A stretch of DNA of 64,000 bases. Origin: Minisyncoccia bacterium (GTDB lineage Bacteria > Patescibacteriota > Minisyncoccia > UBA6257 > GWB1-50-10). The stretch spans positions 10,483 to 74,482 of the forward strand of contig JBEKVQ010000002.1 of assembly GCA_049997815.1 (NCBI GenBank). The letters run 5' to 3'. The position numbers and the translations under genes were made by a program. Each line of letters begins with the position of its first letter. Within the stretch, counting starts at the first letter, position 1. The notes under the pieces were generated by a model, which ran no database searches, was not told where the DNA came from, and worked only from the letters and a program-made list of their open reading frames with translations. Of the stretch, positions 35,248 through 43,760 are shown one piece after another.

Positions 35248-36771
35248 TTATCTCGCGTACTCTACCGCCTTGACCTCGCGGATGACCGTAACTTTTATCT
35301 CACCGGGATATTTAACGTCTGACTGTATCTTATTCGCTATCTTTTTGGCCAGCTCCAGGGCACCGAAGTCATCTATCTTTTCGGGAACAACGAAGACCCT
35401 GACCTCCCGGCCGGCCGAGACCGCGTAGGATTGCTTTACTCCGTCAAAAGCGTTCACCACCTTCTCGATCTCTTCCAAGCGTTTCACGTATTTCTCGAGC
35501 GTGTCCCTTCTCGCACCGGGTCTTGCTGCCGATATCGCGTCCGCGGCGCCCACAATGTACGATTCCGGAGTTGCGTAGGGGTATTCATCATGGTGGGATT
35601 CCATCGCGTGGATGACCGCCTCGGAAATGTTGTATTTCTTAAGGAGCTTGCGGCCGATCTCTACGTGCGTTCCTTCCACCTCGTGATCTATCGCCTTACC
35701 GATATCGTGAAGCAGCGCGCCTTTTTTGGTGACCTCCACGTTCAGATGCAGTTCACTGGCTATCATTCCGGCAATGTGTGTCATCTCGATGGAGTGCAAG
35801 AGGACATTCTGGCCATAGCTGGTGCGGAAGTTCAACCGTCCCAGAAGATAAATGATTTCTTTTGGCAGGTCCAGGATGCCTACCTCGTAAGCCGCCTCTT
35901 CGCCGATCTTATGGATTCTGTCTTCCAGTTCCTGGCGGGCTTCTTCCACCTTTTCTTCTATTTTTGCCGGCTGGATGCGCCCATCCTTCAGAAGCTTTTC
36001 GAGCGAGATTTTCGCGAGTTCGCGGCGCATCGGGTCGAATGAGGAGAGGATGACGCTTTCGGGTGTTTCGTCCACGATAAGCTCAACGCCCGTGAGCCGT
36101 TCGAACGTGCGGATATTGCGGCCCTCGCGGCCGATTATCTTCGCCTTAAGCTCCTCGTTGGGCAGGGTCACCACGCTCGTCGTCACGTCCGCAATGGAAT
36201 TTCGGGCATAGCGCTGGATGGCGCCCGTGATTATTTCCATTCCCTTCTTTTCTATTTCATCGCGGCGTTCCCGTTCCAGTTTTGAAATCGCATCGGCAAT
36301 CTCTTGCCGGTGGCCCGTTTCGAACTCGCTGAAGATGGCTTTTTTCGCCTCTTCGCGCGAGAGCCCGGCTACGCGCTCTATTTCAAGAACCGCTTTTTCG
36401 TGGAGTCCCCTTACCTCCTCGTCTTTTTTCTTGAGCTCAATTTCTTTCTCGGCAATGCGGCGGTTTTGGCTCTCCAGTTCTTTGACGGTTCCTTCGAGCG
36501 AATCCTCTTTCTTTATCAGCCGTTCTTCAAGCCGGCGCAACTCCTGTTTGCGCTCTTTCTCTTCCTTTTGCCCCTCGGCTAAAAGGGAAGCCGCCTTGGT
36601 TTGGGCCTCAAGAACTATTTCCTTCGACTGCGTTCTGGCTGTTTCAAACTCTTTCTCCGCCTTCTGCTCCAGCGATGAATGAAGACGCTTGGCCACTCCC
36701 AAACGGATGAAGTAGCCGATTACGATGCCTAAAACCGCCAAACCGCCCGCTAACAGGGGGTCTTGAATCAT
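35248..36771 (-). CDS. rny: ribonuclease Y
   Basis: N-terminal TM helix, long coiled-coil, KH domain, then an HD domain (LLHDIGKA). Confidence 0.85.
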   Translation of the reverse strand: MIQDPLLAGGLAVLGIVIGYFIRLGVAKRLHSSLEQKAEKEFETARTQSKEIVLEAQTKAASLLAEGQKEEKERKQELRRLEERLIKKEDSLEGTVKELESQNRRIAEKEIELKKKDEEVRGLHEKAVLEIERVAGLSREEAKKAIFSEFETGHRQEIADAISKLERERRDEIEKKGMEIITGAIQRYARNSIADVTTSVVTLPNEELKAKIIGREGRNIRTFERLTGVELIVDETPESVILSSFDPMRRELAKISLEKLLKDGRIQPAKIEEKVEEARQELEDRIHKIGEEAAYEVGILDLPKEIIYLLGRLNFRTSYGQNVLLHSIEMTHIAGMIASELHLNVEVTKKGALLHDIGKAIDHEVEGTHVEIGRKLLKKYNISEAVIHAMESHHDEYPYATPESYIVGAADAISAARPGARRDTLEKYVKRLEEIEKVVNAFDGVKQSYAVSAGREVRVFVVPEKIDDFGALELAKKIANKIQSDVKYPGEIKVTVIREVKAVEYAR

Positions 36772-36847
36772 GATTGAAAATATTGGTTAAATTGGTTTTC
36801 ATCGACTTTTACCGGTTTAATTATATCGCTTACAATAAAGACAATCA

Positions 36848-38395
36848 ATGAGAAAGACGGTAATTTTGGCGATTCTGGACGGCTGGGGAATCGGGGCCTT
36901 GGACGAAAGCAATCCGATCTATCGGGCGGAACCGGCAACGATGAATTTCATCCGGAGCAATTTTCCGGCCGGAGCGCTTCAGGCATCGGGCATCGCCGTC
37001 GGGCTGCCGTGGGATGAAGAGGGGAACAGCGAAGTCGGGCACCTCACAATCGGCGCGGGTAAGGTCTTGTACCAGCACTTTCCGAGGATCTCGCTCTCGA
37101 TTAAGGACGGAAGTTTCTTCAAGAATGAAGTTTTGGTTGCGGCAATCGAGCACGCCAAGAAAAATAATTCCGCCGTTCACCTGCTTGGACTTCTCACGGA
37201 AGCGAACATTCATGCTTCGCTTGAACACCTTGAAGCACTCATAAAGATGATGCGGGACAACGGCGTGAAATTTTATCTACATGCTTTTGCGGACGGGCGG
37301 GACAGCGAACCGCACTCGATTCTCAAGATCCTAAAACGGCTCTCGGATGATTTGGGATTCGACATCCGTTCCGTACTCGTAAGCGTGAGCGGCCGTTATT
37401 ATGCCATGGACCGGGACAAGCATTGGGACAGGACCGAAAGGACATACGGCGTTTTGACGGGAATGAGTCCGAACCCAGTTCACTTGGAAGACGCGGTCAA
37501 GAAAACATACGACCGTAGTTTGGACGACGAATATATAGAACCCTCGACCGTAGGCGAACCGCATTTCATAAGCGAGAACGATGCGGTGGTTTGTTTTAAC
37601 TTCCGGGAGGACCGGATGCGTCAGCTTACGGCCTCATTCATTGACCCGGGATTCAAAGAGTTCCCGGTCAAAAATTTCAAGAATTTGTACTTTGCGACTT
37701 TCACGAGCTACGACCCGAAATTCAAGGCGCCCGTCGCCTTTCCCGAGGAGGTGGTGGAAAATCCCCTGGGGAAAATTCTGTCGGACCATGGTTTGCGCCA
37801 ACTGCGCATTGCCGAAACGGAAAAATACGCCCATGTCACTTATTTCTTCAATGGCCTTAAGGAACAGCCGTTCCCGAACGAGTTTCGGGTTCTCGTGCCA
37901 TCCGAGAATGCCGTCCGGTATAACAGTTATCCGGAGATGAAGGCCGTGCCCATAACCGACCGGGTGCTCGCGGCGCTTTCCGAAGGGACGTTCGATTTTA
38001 TTCTAGTGAATTACGCCAATCCCGACATGGTAGCTCACACGGGAGATTACGAAGCCACCCTGAAAGCGGTGAAGATTGTAGATAGGGAGGTGAGTCGGCT
38101 TATGGAGAGCGTTCTCGGCGGGGACCATATTCTCATGATCACGTCTGACCACGGGAATGCCGAATCGCTTTTGGATTTGAAGACCGGCGAACCGGAGACG
38201 AAGCATGACCCAAACCCTGTACCGTTCTATCTGGTGGGAAAGAAATATCGCCGAAGTTCTTCCGAAAATCCGCTTACGGCGCTTCCGGTGATGGGCATCC
38301 TTTCGGATATCGCGCCGACCGTTTTGGAATTGATGAATATACCGAAGCCACCCGAAATGACCGGCCAGAGTTTGTTGCCGCAGCTTTTGATCTAG
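36848..38395 (+). CDS. gpmI: 2,3-bisphosphoglycerate-independent phosphoglycerate mutase
   Basis: ILDGWGIG N-terminus and the metal-binding SDHGN / TSDHGNAE motifs. Confidence 0.9.
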   Translation: MRKTVILAILDGWGIGALDESNPIYRAEPATMNFIRSNFPAGALQASGIAVGLPWDEEGNSEVGHLTIGAGKVLYQHFPRISLSIKDGSFFKNEVLVAAIEHAKKNNSAVHLLGLLTEANIHASLEHLEALIKMMRDNGVKFYLHAFADGRDSEPHSILKILKRLSDDLGFDIRSVLVSVSGRYYAMDRDKHWDRTERTYGVLTGMSPNPVHLEDAVKKTYDRSLDDEYIEPSTVGEPHFISENDAVVCFNFREDRMRQLTASFIDPGFKEFPVKNFKNLYFATFTSYDPKFKAPVAFPEEVVENPLGKILSDHGLRQLRIAETEKYAHVTYFFNGLKEQPFPNEFRVLVPSENAVRYNSYPEMKAVPITDRVLAALSEGTFDFILVNYANPDMVAHTGDYEATLKAVKIVDREVSRLMESVLGGDHILMITSDHGNAESLLDLKTGEPETKHDPNPVPFYLVGKKYRRSSSENPLTALPVMGILSDIAPTVLELMNIPKPPEMTGQSLLPQLLI

Positions 38396-38403
38396 ATCTA
38401 ATT

Positions 38404-38520
38404 TGTCGGGCCGCCGGGAATTGAACGTCGCTTCGCTCCCTAACACCCAGCGGTTTTAGTATTTCCGCCACGGGGAAACTTCCGTTTCCCCGACCCCTTT
38501 CCCGTTCAAATCCCGGCCCG
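38404..38520 (-). repeat. tRNA-Pro-derived element: a direct copy (16/16 + 6/7) and an inverted copy (17 nt) of the tRNA-Pro 3' end bracketing about 75 bp with a perfect 8-bp hairpin
   Basis: tgtcgggccgccggga at 38404-38419 repeats the 3' end of tRNA-Pro at 38546-38561. cccgttcaaatcccggcccg at 38501-38520 is its near-reverse complement. Internal hairpin CGGGGAAAC-uucc-GUUUCCCCG. Confidence 0.5.
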
Positions 38521-38545
38521 AAAAACGATTCTCGATTTTATGTTG

Positions 38546-38616
38546 TCGGGCCGCCGGGATTTGAACCCGAACTAAATCCTCCCAAAGGACTCGTGCTACC
38601 GTTACACTACGGCCCG
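38546..38616 (-). tRNA. tRNA-Pro (anticodon UGG)
   Basis: Acceptor CGGGCCG/CGGCCCG; D-arm GUGU-AACGGUA-GCAC; anticodon stem AGUCC/GGAUU with loop UUUGGGA (G37); T-arm UCGGG-UUCAAAU-CCCGG; discriminator A. Confidence 0.85.
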
Positions 38617-38654
38617 CCTCTCCCTTTAAACTATCCGATTTTTACTATAGAATC

Positions 38655-38726
38655 AACGAAATCGCCCCTTGTAGCTCAATGGATAGAGCAGCGCTCTTCT
38701 AAGGCGTTGATGCGGGTTCGATTCCT
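38655..38726 (+). tRNA. tRNA-Arg (anticodon UCU)
   Basis: Acceptor CCCCUUG/CGAGGGG (one U.G pair); U8; D-arm GCUC-AAUGGAUA-GAGC; anticodon stem GCGCU/GGCGU with loop CUUCUAA; T-arm GCGGG-UUCGAUU-CCUGC. Confidence 0.75.
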
Positions 38727-38743
38727 GCCGAGGGGGCTTTTTA

Positions 38744-39832
38744 ATGAAGAAATCCACCATAGTTTTCGTAATAATATTGGCCGTTCTGGCCGGAATCGCG
38801 ATCCGGGGTTTTGAGAACGGATCTCGTTTGATCTCCGAGGCGGATAACGCCGGAGAGAAAAAAGCGGAAGTGTCCGCCGATTTTCCGCCGGTTTCGGTTT
38901 CTCCAGAGAATGTGAGGGCGGTTTATCTCACGGCCGCGGCCGCTTCCGTTCCGTCGTGGGTGGAGAGGACGATAAAACTCATTAAATCCACGCGCCTGAA
39001 CGCGGTCGTCATAAACGTGAAGGATAGCGACGGAACGTATCTCGGGGAGGGAATGAAAAACACCGTGAAGAAATTCAGAGAGCAGGGAATCTACCCCATC
39101 GCTCGGGTTGTGGTTTTCCAGGACAATAAGCTGGCTGAATCGGAGCCGGCACTCGCTCTTCACGATTCCGCAGGCAATTTGTGGTCCGGAAACGGGGGCT
39201 ATCTTTGGGTGGACCCAGCAAGCAAGGAAGTTTGGGATAAAACTGTTGCGGTTTCCGAACGGGCGCTCGATGTCGGATTCATGGAAGTTAACTTCGATTA
39301 CATCCGTTTCCCGGATGGGGATGTGGACTCGATCACTTTTCCGGCCTATGACAACGTGACGCCGGCGGTGGAAGTTCTAAAGAATTTTTTCAAATATCTA
39401 ACCGGTAAGGTCCGCGAGGCACGGCCAAAAGCGGTTCTCTCGGCGGACCTGTTTGCCTACACACTTTTGAGAGATAATGGCCTGGGGGTCGGCCAGCGGG
39501 CCGGAGATGCCGGACAGTTTTTTGACGTGATATCCCCGATGATATATCCATCCCACTATGCGGCGGGAAATTTCAATTTCCCCAATCCGGCAACGGAGCC
39601 GTATCAGGTGGTGTTTCGAACGCTCGAAAGCGGGAAACCCATTTTGGCCAGAGCGAGTTCGACCGCCATCATCCGCCCGTGGATACAGGATTTCGACATG
39701 GGGGCGGTTTACGACAAGCAGATGGTGGGGGAAGAAATGCGGGCAATCAAGGATGCCGGCTACGGCGACACGTGGATGGCGTGGAATCCGACAAATATTT
39801 ACGAAGCGGACAAATTCTCTTCGGGGAATTAA
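38744..39832 (+). CDS. secreted putative glycoside-hydrolase-like TIM-barrel protein (DUF4015/GHL-type)
   Basis: N-terminal signal/anchor. The NFDYIRFP motif and overall pattern resemble uncharacterised GH-like families. Family assignment is from memory and uncertain. Confidence 0.4.
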   Translation: MKKSTIVFVIILAVLAGIAIRGFENGSRLISEADNAGEKKAEVSADFPPVSVSPENVRAVYLTAAAASVPSWVERTIKLIKSTRLNAVVINVKDSDGTYLGEGMKNTVKKFREQGIYPIARVVVFQDNKLAESEPALALHDSAGNLWSGNGGYLWVDPASKEVWDKTVAVSERALDVGFMEVNFDYIRFPDGDVDSITFPAYDNVTPAVEVLKNFFKYLTGKVREARPKAVLSADLFAYTLLRDNGLGVGQRAGDAGQFFDVISPMIYPSHYAAGNFNFPNPATEPYQVVFRTLESGKPILARASSTAIIRPWIQDFDMGAVYDKQMVGEEMRAIKDAGYGDTWMAWNPTNIYEADKFSSGN

Positions 39833-39833
39833 C

Positions 39834-40655
39834 CTATCCTTTTTTGAATAGGCTCAATCCGAATAAAACGGCGCTCAAAAGAACCGTTGCGATGCCGGGA
39901 TTCATTCCGTAAAATCGCCCCACAAGAAGGCCGCCCGACAGGGAAATCACGGAGAGGACGATGGATGTCAAGATGAAAGAATTAAAACCTTTCGCGAGAT
40001 TTCGGGCGGTGGCGGCCGGAATAATGGAAAGGGCGCTGATTAAAAGTACGCCCACGAAACTAATGCCGATGGAAATCGTGAGCGCTATAAGCACCAGTAT
40101 TAAAAGTTGCATCGCGAGCGGAGATATCTTCACGGAAGTGCCCAATTCCGGAGCGATCGAGAAAAGCGTGAGCGGTTTCAAATACTTCATTATCAAGCCG
40201 ATTATCGCTATGGCGACCACGGTCTGAAATACTATCTGATTGAATGTTATTTTTTCTACGCTGCCGAAGAATGCCTCGAGAAGGTCCTGTTCCGGAATAA
40301 TGAGCGCGCCTATCGCGAGTGCGGTCACGAACATAACGCCCGTCACGGATTCGGTGGCCAGTTTGGTCTTGTTCTCAATAAGCCAGATAAGTAAGATGCC
40401 GGCGAAGAGTGCTGCGAGACCGCCCCAAATGGGAGCGAATTTGAAGATTATGCCTAAAGCGATGCCGGGAAGCGCCACATGGGAAAGCGCATCCGACATA
40501 AGTGACATCTTCCGGACGATGAGGAATGACCCCACAATGCCGCTCGCCGCTGCGACGAAGATGCCGGAAACCAACGTGTAGAAGAATAGGTCACTCATGG
40601 TGGTGGTCGTGGCGTTCGTCGAAGTGATGATGATGGAAAAAAGCGTGGTCGCCAT
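39834..40655 (-). CDS. metal (Zn/Mn-type, ABC-3 family) ABC transporter permease
   Basis: Eight to nine TM helices with the ABC-3 (ZnuB/MntB-like) pattern. Overlaps the ATPase gene. Confidence 0.7.
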   Translation of the reverse strand: MATTLFSIIITSTNATTTTMSDLFFYTLVSGIFVAAASGIVGSFLIVRKMSLMSDALSHVALPGIALGIIFKFAPIWGGLAALFAGILLIWLIENKTKLATESVTGVMFVTALAIGALIIPEQDLLEAFFGSVEKITFNQIVFQTVVAIAIIGLIMKYLKPLTLFSIAPELGTSVKISPLAMQLLILVLIALTISIGISFVGVLLISALSIIPAATARNLAKGFNSFILTSIVLSVISLSGGLLVGRFYGMNPGIATVLLSAVLFGLSLFKKG

Positions 40656-41310
40656 AGAGCTCCGAAAGCGTAGCCGTCGTGAGCACTTCTTGCGGTTCGC
40701 CGTAACAGACCATCGCGTGGTTCAGACAAAGTACTTGATTAGCGTAGTGATAGACGATGCTTAAGTCGTGCGATATCAGAACTATGGCGATGCCCAATGT
40801 ATCCTGAAGATGGTGAAGCAGGTCGTAAATGGATTCCTGGGCAACTACATCCACGTTCTCGGTTGGTTCGTCGAACAGGAGCACCTGCGGCTGGTCAATA
40901 ATGGCCCAGGCCAGGAGGATTTTCTGGAGTTGGCCGCTCGAAAAGGTCGCGAGATTCTTATTGAGCCAGTGCCCGTTTATTTCTACGAGCTCCAAGACCC
41001 TCTCCAAGGCGTATTTCGGATTCGGTTTCAATTTGAGGAATTCTTTGACGGTCATCGGCAGATAATGGTCGATGTGGAAGCGCTGGGGAAGATATCCGCA
41101 GGTAACATCCTTACCCCATTCTATTTTTCCGCCTGCGGTCGGAAAAAGGCCAAGCAGGGTTTTGAGGAGCACCGATTTTCCGGCACCGTTGGGGCCCACG
41201 ATGGCCAGTACCTCCTCTTTTTTTAATTCAAAGGAAACATCCTTGATGATTCTCTGGCCATCAAGGATAACGGAGAGGTTTTCTACTTTAAGCAAAGTTT
41301 TTTCCGGCAT
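40591..41310 (-). CDS. metal ABC transporter ATP-binding protein (ZnuC-like) with a His-rich C-terminal tail
   Basis: Walker A GPNGAGKS, LSSGQLQ signature, LLLFDEPT Walker B. The tail HAFFHHHHFDERHDHHHE suggests metal sensing. Confidence 0.8.
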   Translation of the reverse strand: MPEKTLLKVENLSVILDGQRIIKDVSFELKKEEVLAIVGPNGAGKSVLLKTLLGLFPTAGGKIEWGKDVTCGYLPQRFHIDHYLPMTVKEFLKLKPNPKYALERVLELVEINGHWLNKNLATFSSGQLQKILLAWAIIDQPQVLLFDEPTENVDVVAQESIYDLLHHLQDTLGIAIVLISHDLSIVYHYANQVLCLNHAMVCYGEPQEVLTTATLSELYGDHAFFHHHHFDERHDHHHE

Positions 41311-41355
41311 TTTTAATATTTAAATATAGTAATTCATTTCCTTTTGTTGTGGTAG

Positions 41356-41730
41356 TTATAATTCAAATTTTCTTCCCTGATAATTCATCGCTTCTTGAAC
41401 AAGTAGTGCATCGTTTTTTGTGCTGTGCTTTATGGTGTGGCAGTTGGCACAGAGGAGCTCGCATTTTTTCAGTTCACTTTTTATCACTTCCCATTTTTTA
41501 TTCGCAACATTTCCTATTATAAAATCTTTCTTTTTAGGATTCGTATGGTGGAATTGAAGTGCAGCTTGATTACCGCGCCAACCACAATTCACACATTTCC
41601 CTCCAAGGTACTTTATGGCTGCCGCTTTGGTCCGAAATCTCCTTACCTTCGTGTTGCAAGAGCCGCATCTAGCCCTGCATCTGCTTTGGTAGTCTTTAAA
41701 CGCGTTGCCACACAATTTACATATCCTCAT
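41356..41730 (-). CDS. free-standing HNH endonuclease (Cys-rich, zinc-finger flanked)
   Basis: Multiple CxxC pairs and a C-terminal LLCANCHTIKH HNH core. AT-rich gene lying 90 bp from the intron-containing tRNA. Confidence 0.65.
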   Translation of the reverse strand: MRICKLCGNAFKDYQSRCRARCGSCNTKVRRFRTKAAAIKYLGGKCVNCGWRGNQAALQFHHTNPKKKDFIIGNVANKKWEVIKSELKKCELLCANCHTIKHSTKNDALLVQEAMNYQGRKFEL

Positions 41731-41818
41731 TGAATATAATTATAGCATTGCTCGCTCTACCGGGGAAGCGATTGAAAAATAAGGTCTTCCTTGATATATT
41801 TTGAGTACAACTTAATAA

Positions 41819-42112
41819 GCCGCGGTAGCTCAGTGGTAGAGCGCTACCCTAAACTCTTTGGGGCCTTCCGCAGTAATGTGGATTGAATAATTGGGTGAAT
41901 TCGGGGGAAACTTCTTAAAAGAAATAATCCCGAGCCAAGCTCTGATGGGATCCGTCAGTTGGCGGAGGTATCGGAGAAGGTGTAGAGACTAGTAGGTGAG
42001 TCCCAACGATAATCCTACGCAAGCGCCCAACTTCCTTTTAGAAGGAAGATGATATAGTCCAAGCAAACCTTGGAAGAGGTAGGCGTCGGGTGTTCGATTC
42101 ACCCCCGCGGCA
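41819..42112 (+). tRNA. tRNA-Phe (anticodon GAA) interrupted by a 222-nt group I intron in the anticodon loop
   Basis: 5' exon GCCGCGGUAGCUCAGUGGUAGAGCGCUACCCU (41819-41850). 3' exon GAAGAGGUAGGCGUCGGGUGUUCGAUUCACCCCCGCGGCA (42073-42112). The joined exons fold as a canonical tRNA that is very similar to E. coli tRNA-Phe. Confidence 0.75.
41851..42072 (+). ncRNA. group I (IC3-like) self-splicing intron
   Basis: Exon U33 precedes the 5' splice site, which can pair CCCU.GGGG with intron nt 10-13 (P1). The intron ends in G. Contains GAGCCAAGCU and AAGGUGUAGAGACUAGUAGG segments that closely match the P7/P3 cores of bacterial tRNA introns (for example Azoarcus/Anabaena). Confidence 0.7.
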
Positions 42113-42116
42113 CAAA

Positions 42117-42587
42117 ATGATAAAGATAAAGTCGTTCCGTCAAACGCGGGGTTATTGCGGTCCCGCATCGCTCAAGATGGTGTTGGGATATTACGGCGCG
42201 AATAAAAGCGAGGCCGCTTTGGCAAAGCTATCTGGCGCCACGCGCTCTCGCGGCATAGACGCTAAGGGCATGCTCCGCGCCGCCGGAAAACTTGGTTTTG
42301 AGGGATTGATAAAAGATTATGCGAGCATCAGCGATATCAAGCGATACATTAAGCAAAACATTCCGGTGATAGTGGACTGGTTCTCGCAGGATGATGGCCA
42401 TTACTCGGTCGCAGTTGGTTTGGATGAACGATTCATTTATCTTCAGGACCCGGAGATCGGAAAAGTCCGCAAGTTGGGCTTGGAAACCTTCAGGCGTGTC
42501 TGGTTCGACTTTCCGGGGTTGTCTCCGTATCCTCGAAAAAATCCGATTATTCGAAGGATTATCGTAATAAAGAAAAGGGGTAGATAA
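42117..42587 (+). CDS. C39-like (papain-fold) cysteine peptidase domain protein
   Basis: GYCGPASLKMVLGYYG catalytic-Cys region typical of the peptidase_C39-like family. The ATG lies 4 nt after the tRNA-Phe 3' end. Confidence 0.5.
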   Translation: MIKIKSFRQTRGYCGPASLKMVLGYYGANKSEAALAKLSGATRSRGIDAKGMLRAAGKLGFEGLIKDYASISDIKRYIKQNIPVIVDWFSQDDGHYSVAVGLDERFIYLQDPEIGKVRKLGLETFRRVWFDFPGLSPYPRKNPIIRRIIVIKKRGR

Positions 42588-42594
42588 TTAACTT

Positions 42595-42924
42595 ATGGAC
42601 CTAAAAACAAAAAAATGCGTGGCCTGTGAAGGAGCTGAAACCCCGCTCACAAGACCGGAAGCGGAAATTTTATTGAAGCAGACGCCGGGCTGGGCTATTT
42701 CAGAGGACGGCAAGAAAATAAGCCGCGATTTCGAGTTCAAAGATTTTAAGGAATCGATGGCGTTCATAAACAAGGTGGCCGCCATCGCCGAAAGCGAGGG
42801 CCATCATCCGGATATACACGTTTTCTACAGTAAAGTGAGATTGGAACTCTGGACACACGCGATAAACGGACTCTTCGAGAACGACTTCATAGTGGCGGCC
42901 AAAGTCAACGAGTTACTGAGATAG
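42595..42924 (+). CDS. pterin-4a-carbinolamine dehydratase (PCD/DCoH)
   Basis: EGHHPD...W.THA...L..D motif set; about 109 aa. Confidence 0.8.
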   Translation: MDLKTKKCVACEGAETPLTRPEAEILLKQTPGWAISEDGKKISRDFEFKDFKESMAFINKVAAIAESEGHHPDIHVFYSKVRLELWTHAINGLFENDFIVAAKVNELLR

Positions 42925-43593
42925 TTTTTCCTTTTCTTCCTCTTCGAAGCTTTCATCGAGGGCGTTCCCGATACCCCTGGCTCTGCCTTCGACGGAGAAT
43001 CTCTTGCTTAAAATTTTCCGCAAGAAGTGTTCGCCCACGAACATTAGGACCATCACGACGGCCAGGCCTATTTCTATCTGTTTGAAAACCTTTTCGGATT
43101 TCAGGTAGGTAAAGCCGGAGGCGAAAAAGTAGGCGACGGCGGTGGCCGAGAAGAACCAAAGCAAGACGCTCGTAAGCTGGGATTTCATGAACCTGGCGAA
43201 TGAGACCTTCGACCAGCTCACGGCGAAGACCGCGAAGATGTTCGCGGCCACCAGGAATTTGGAGATTATCATCAATTTATTGATATTTTCCCGCACGTAG
43301 AAAAGATAAAATTGGGTGCGTTTGGAGTGTTTTATCTTCCGGTATAGCTTCCAGCCAAAGCGGGTATTCCGCATGGCCCGCCCCAAAAAGAAGAGAAACA
43401 TGTCACCTACTATGAGGGACGAAATAGCTGGGATGATGAAACCGCCCCAGGTCAAGTTTCCGGCCGCTATCAAAAATACCGAGACCAGAACAACCACCTC
43501 GCCTTGGATAAGGATGGCGACGGCGATTATCCAATGGCTCCAGTCTGGATAATGGACTACGAGAGCGCCCAAACTGTCTAAAAGACTTCCCAT
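42913..43593 (-). CDS. DedA/VTT-family membrane protein
   Basis: Polytopic membrane protein with a Gly-rich re-entrant-like G.F....G motif region. The family call is tentative. Confidence 0.5.
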   Translation of the reverse strand: MGSLLDSLGALVVHYPDWSHWIIAVAILIQGEVVVLVSVFLIAAGNLTWGGFIIPAISSLIVGDMFLFFLGRAMRNTRFGWKLYRKIKHSKRTQFYLFYVRENINKLMIISKFLVAANIFAVFAVSWSKVSFARFMKSQLTSVLLWFFSATAVAYFFASGFTYLKSEKVFKQIEIGLAVVMVLMFVGEHFLRKILSKRFSVEGRARGIGNALDESFEEEEKEKLSQ

Positions 43594-43683
43594 AAGGGGT
43601 TACTCTTAGATATTAGCATACATTCCGGCCGGACTTTCAAATTAGCGGCGGCGGGTATAGAATTTCCTTAGGTTTTTACCTAT

Positions 43684-43758
43684 GGTGCCTATGGTGTAAC
43701 GGTTAACACAGAAGTTTGTGGAACTTCTGATACGGGTTCGATTCCCGTTAGGCACCCA
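43684..43758 (+). tRNA. tRNA-His (anticodon GUG) with encoded G-1
   Basis: G-1 pairs with C73. Acceptor GUGCCUA/UAGGCAC; D-arm GUGU-AACGGUUA-ACAC; anticodon stem GAAGU/ACUUC with loop UUGUGGA; T-arm ACGGG-UUCGAUU-CCCGU. Confidence 0.85.
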
Positions 43759-43760
43759 GA

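Noticed and set aside
35431-36682. Several plus-strand ORFs (203, 154 and 92 aa) inside rny
   Set aside because: They are antisense to a well-supported RNase Y gene, with low-complexity Ser/Arg-rich translations.
43756-43758. Encoded CCA on tRNA-His
   Set aside because: The first C is the discriminator C73 pairing with G-1, so only CA follows. As with the other tRNAs here, CCA is probably added post-transcriptionally.
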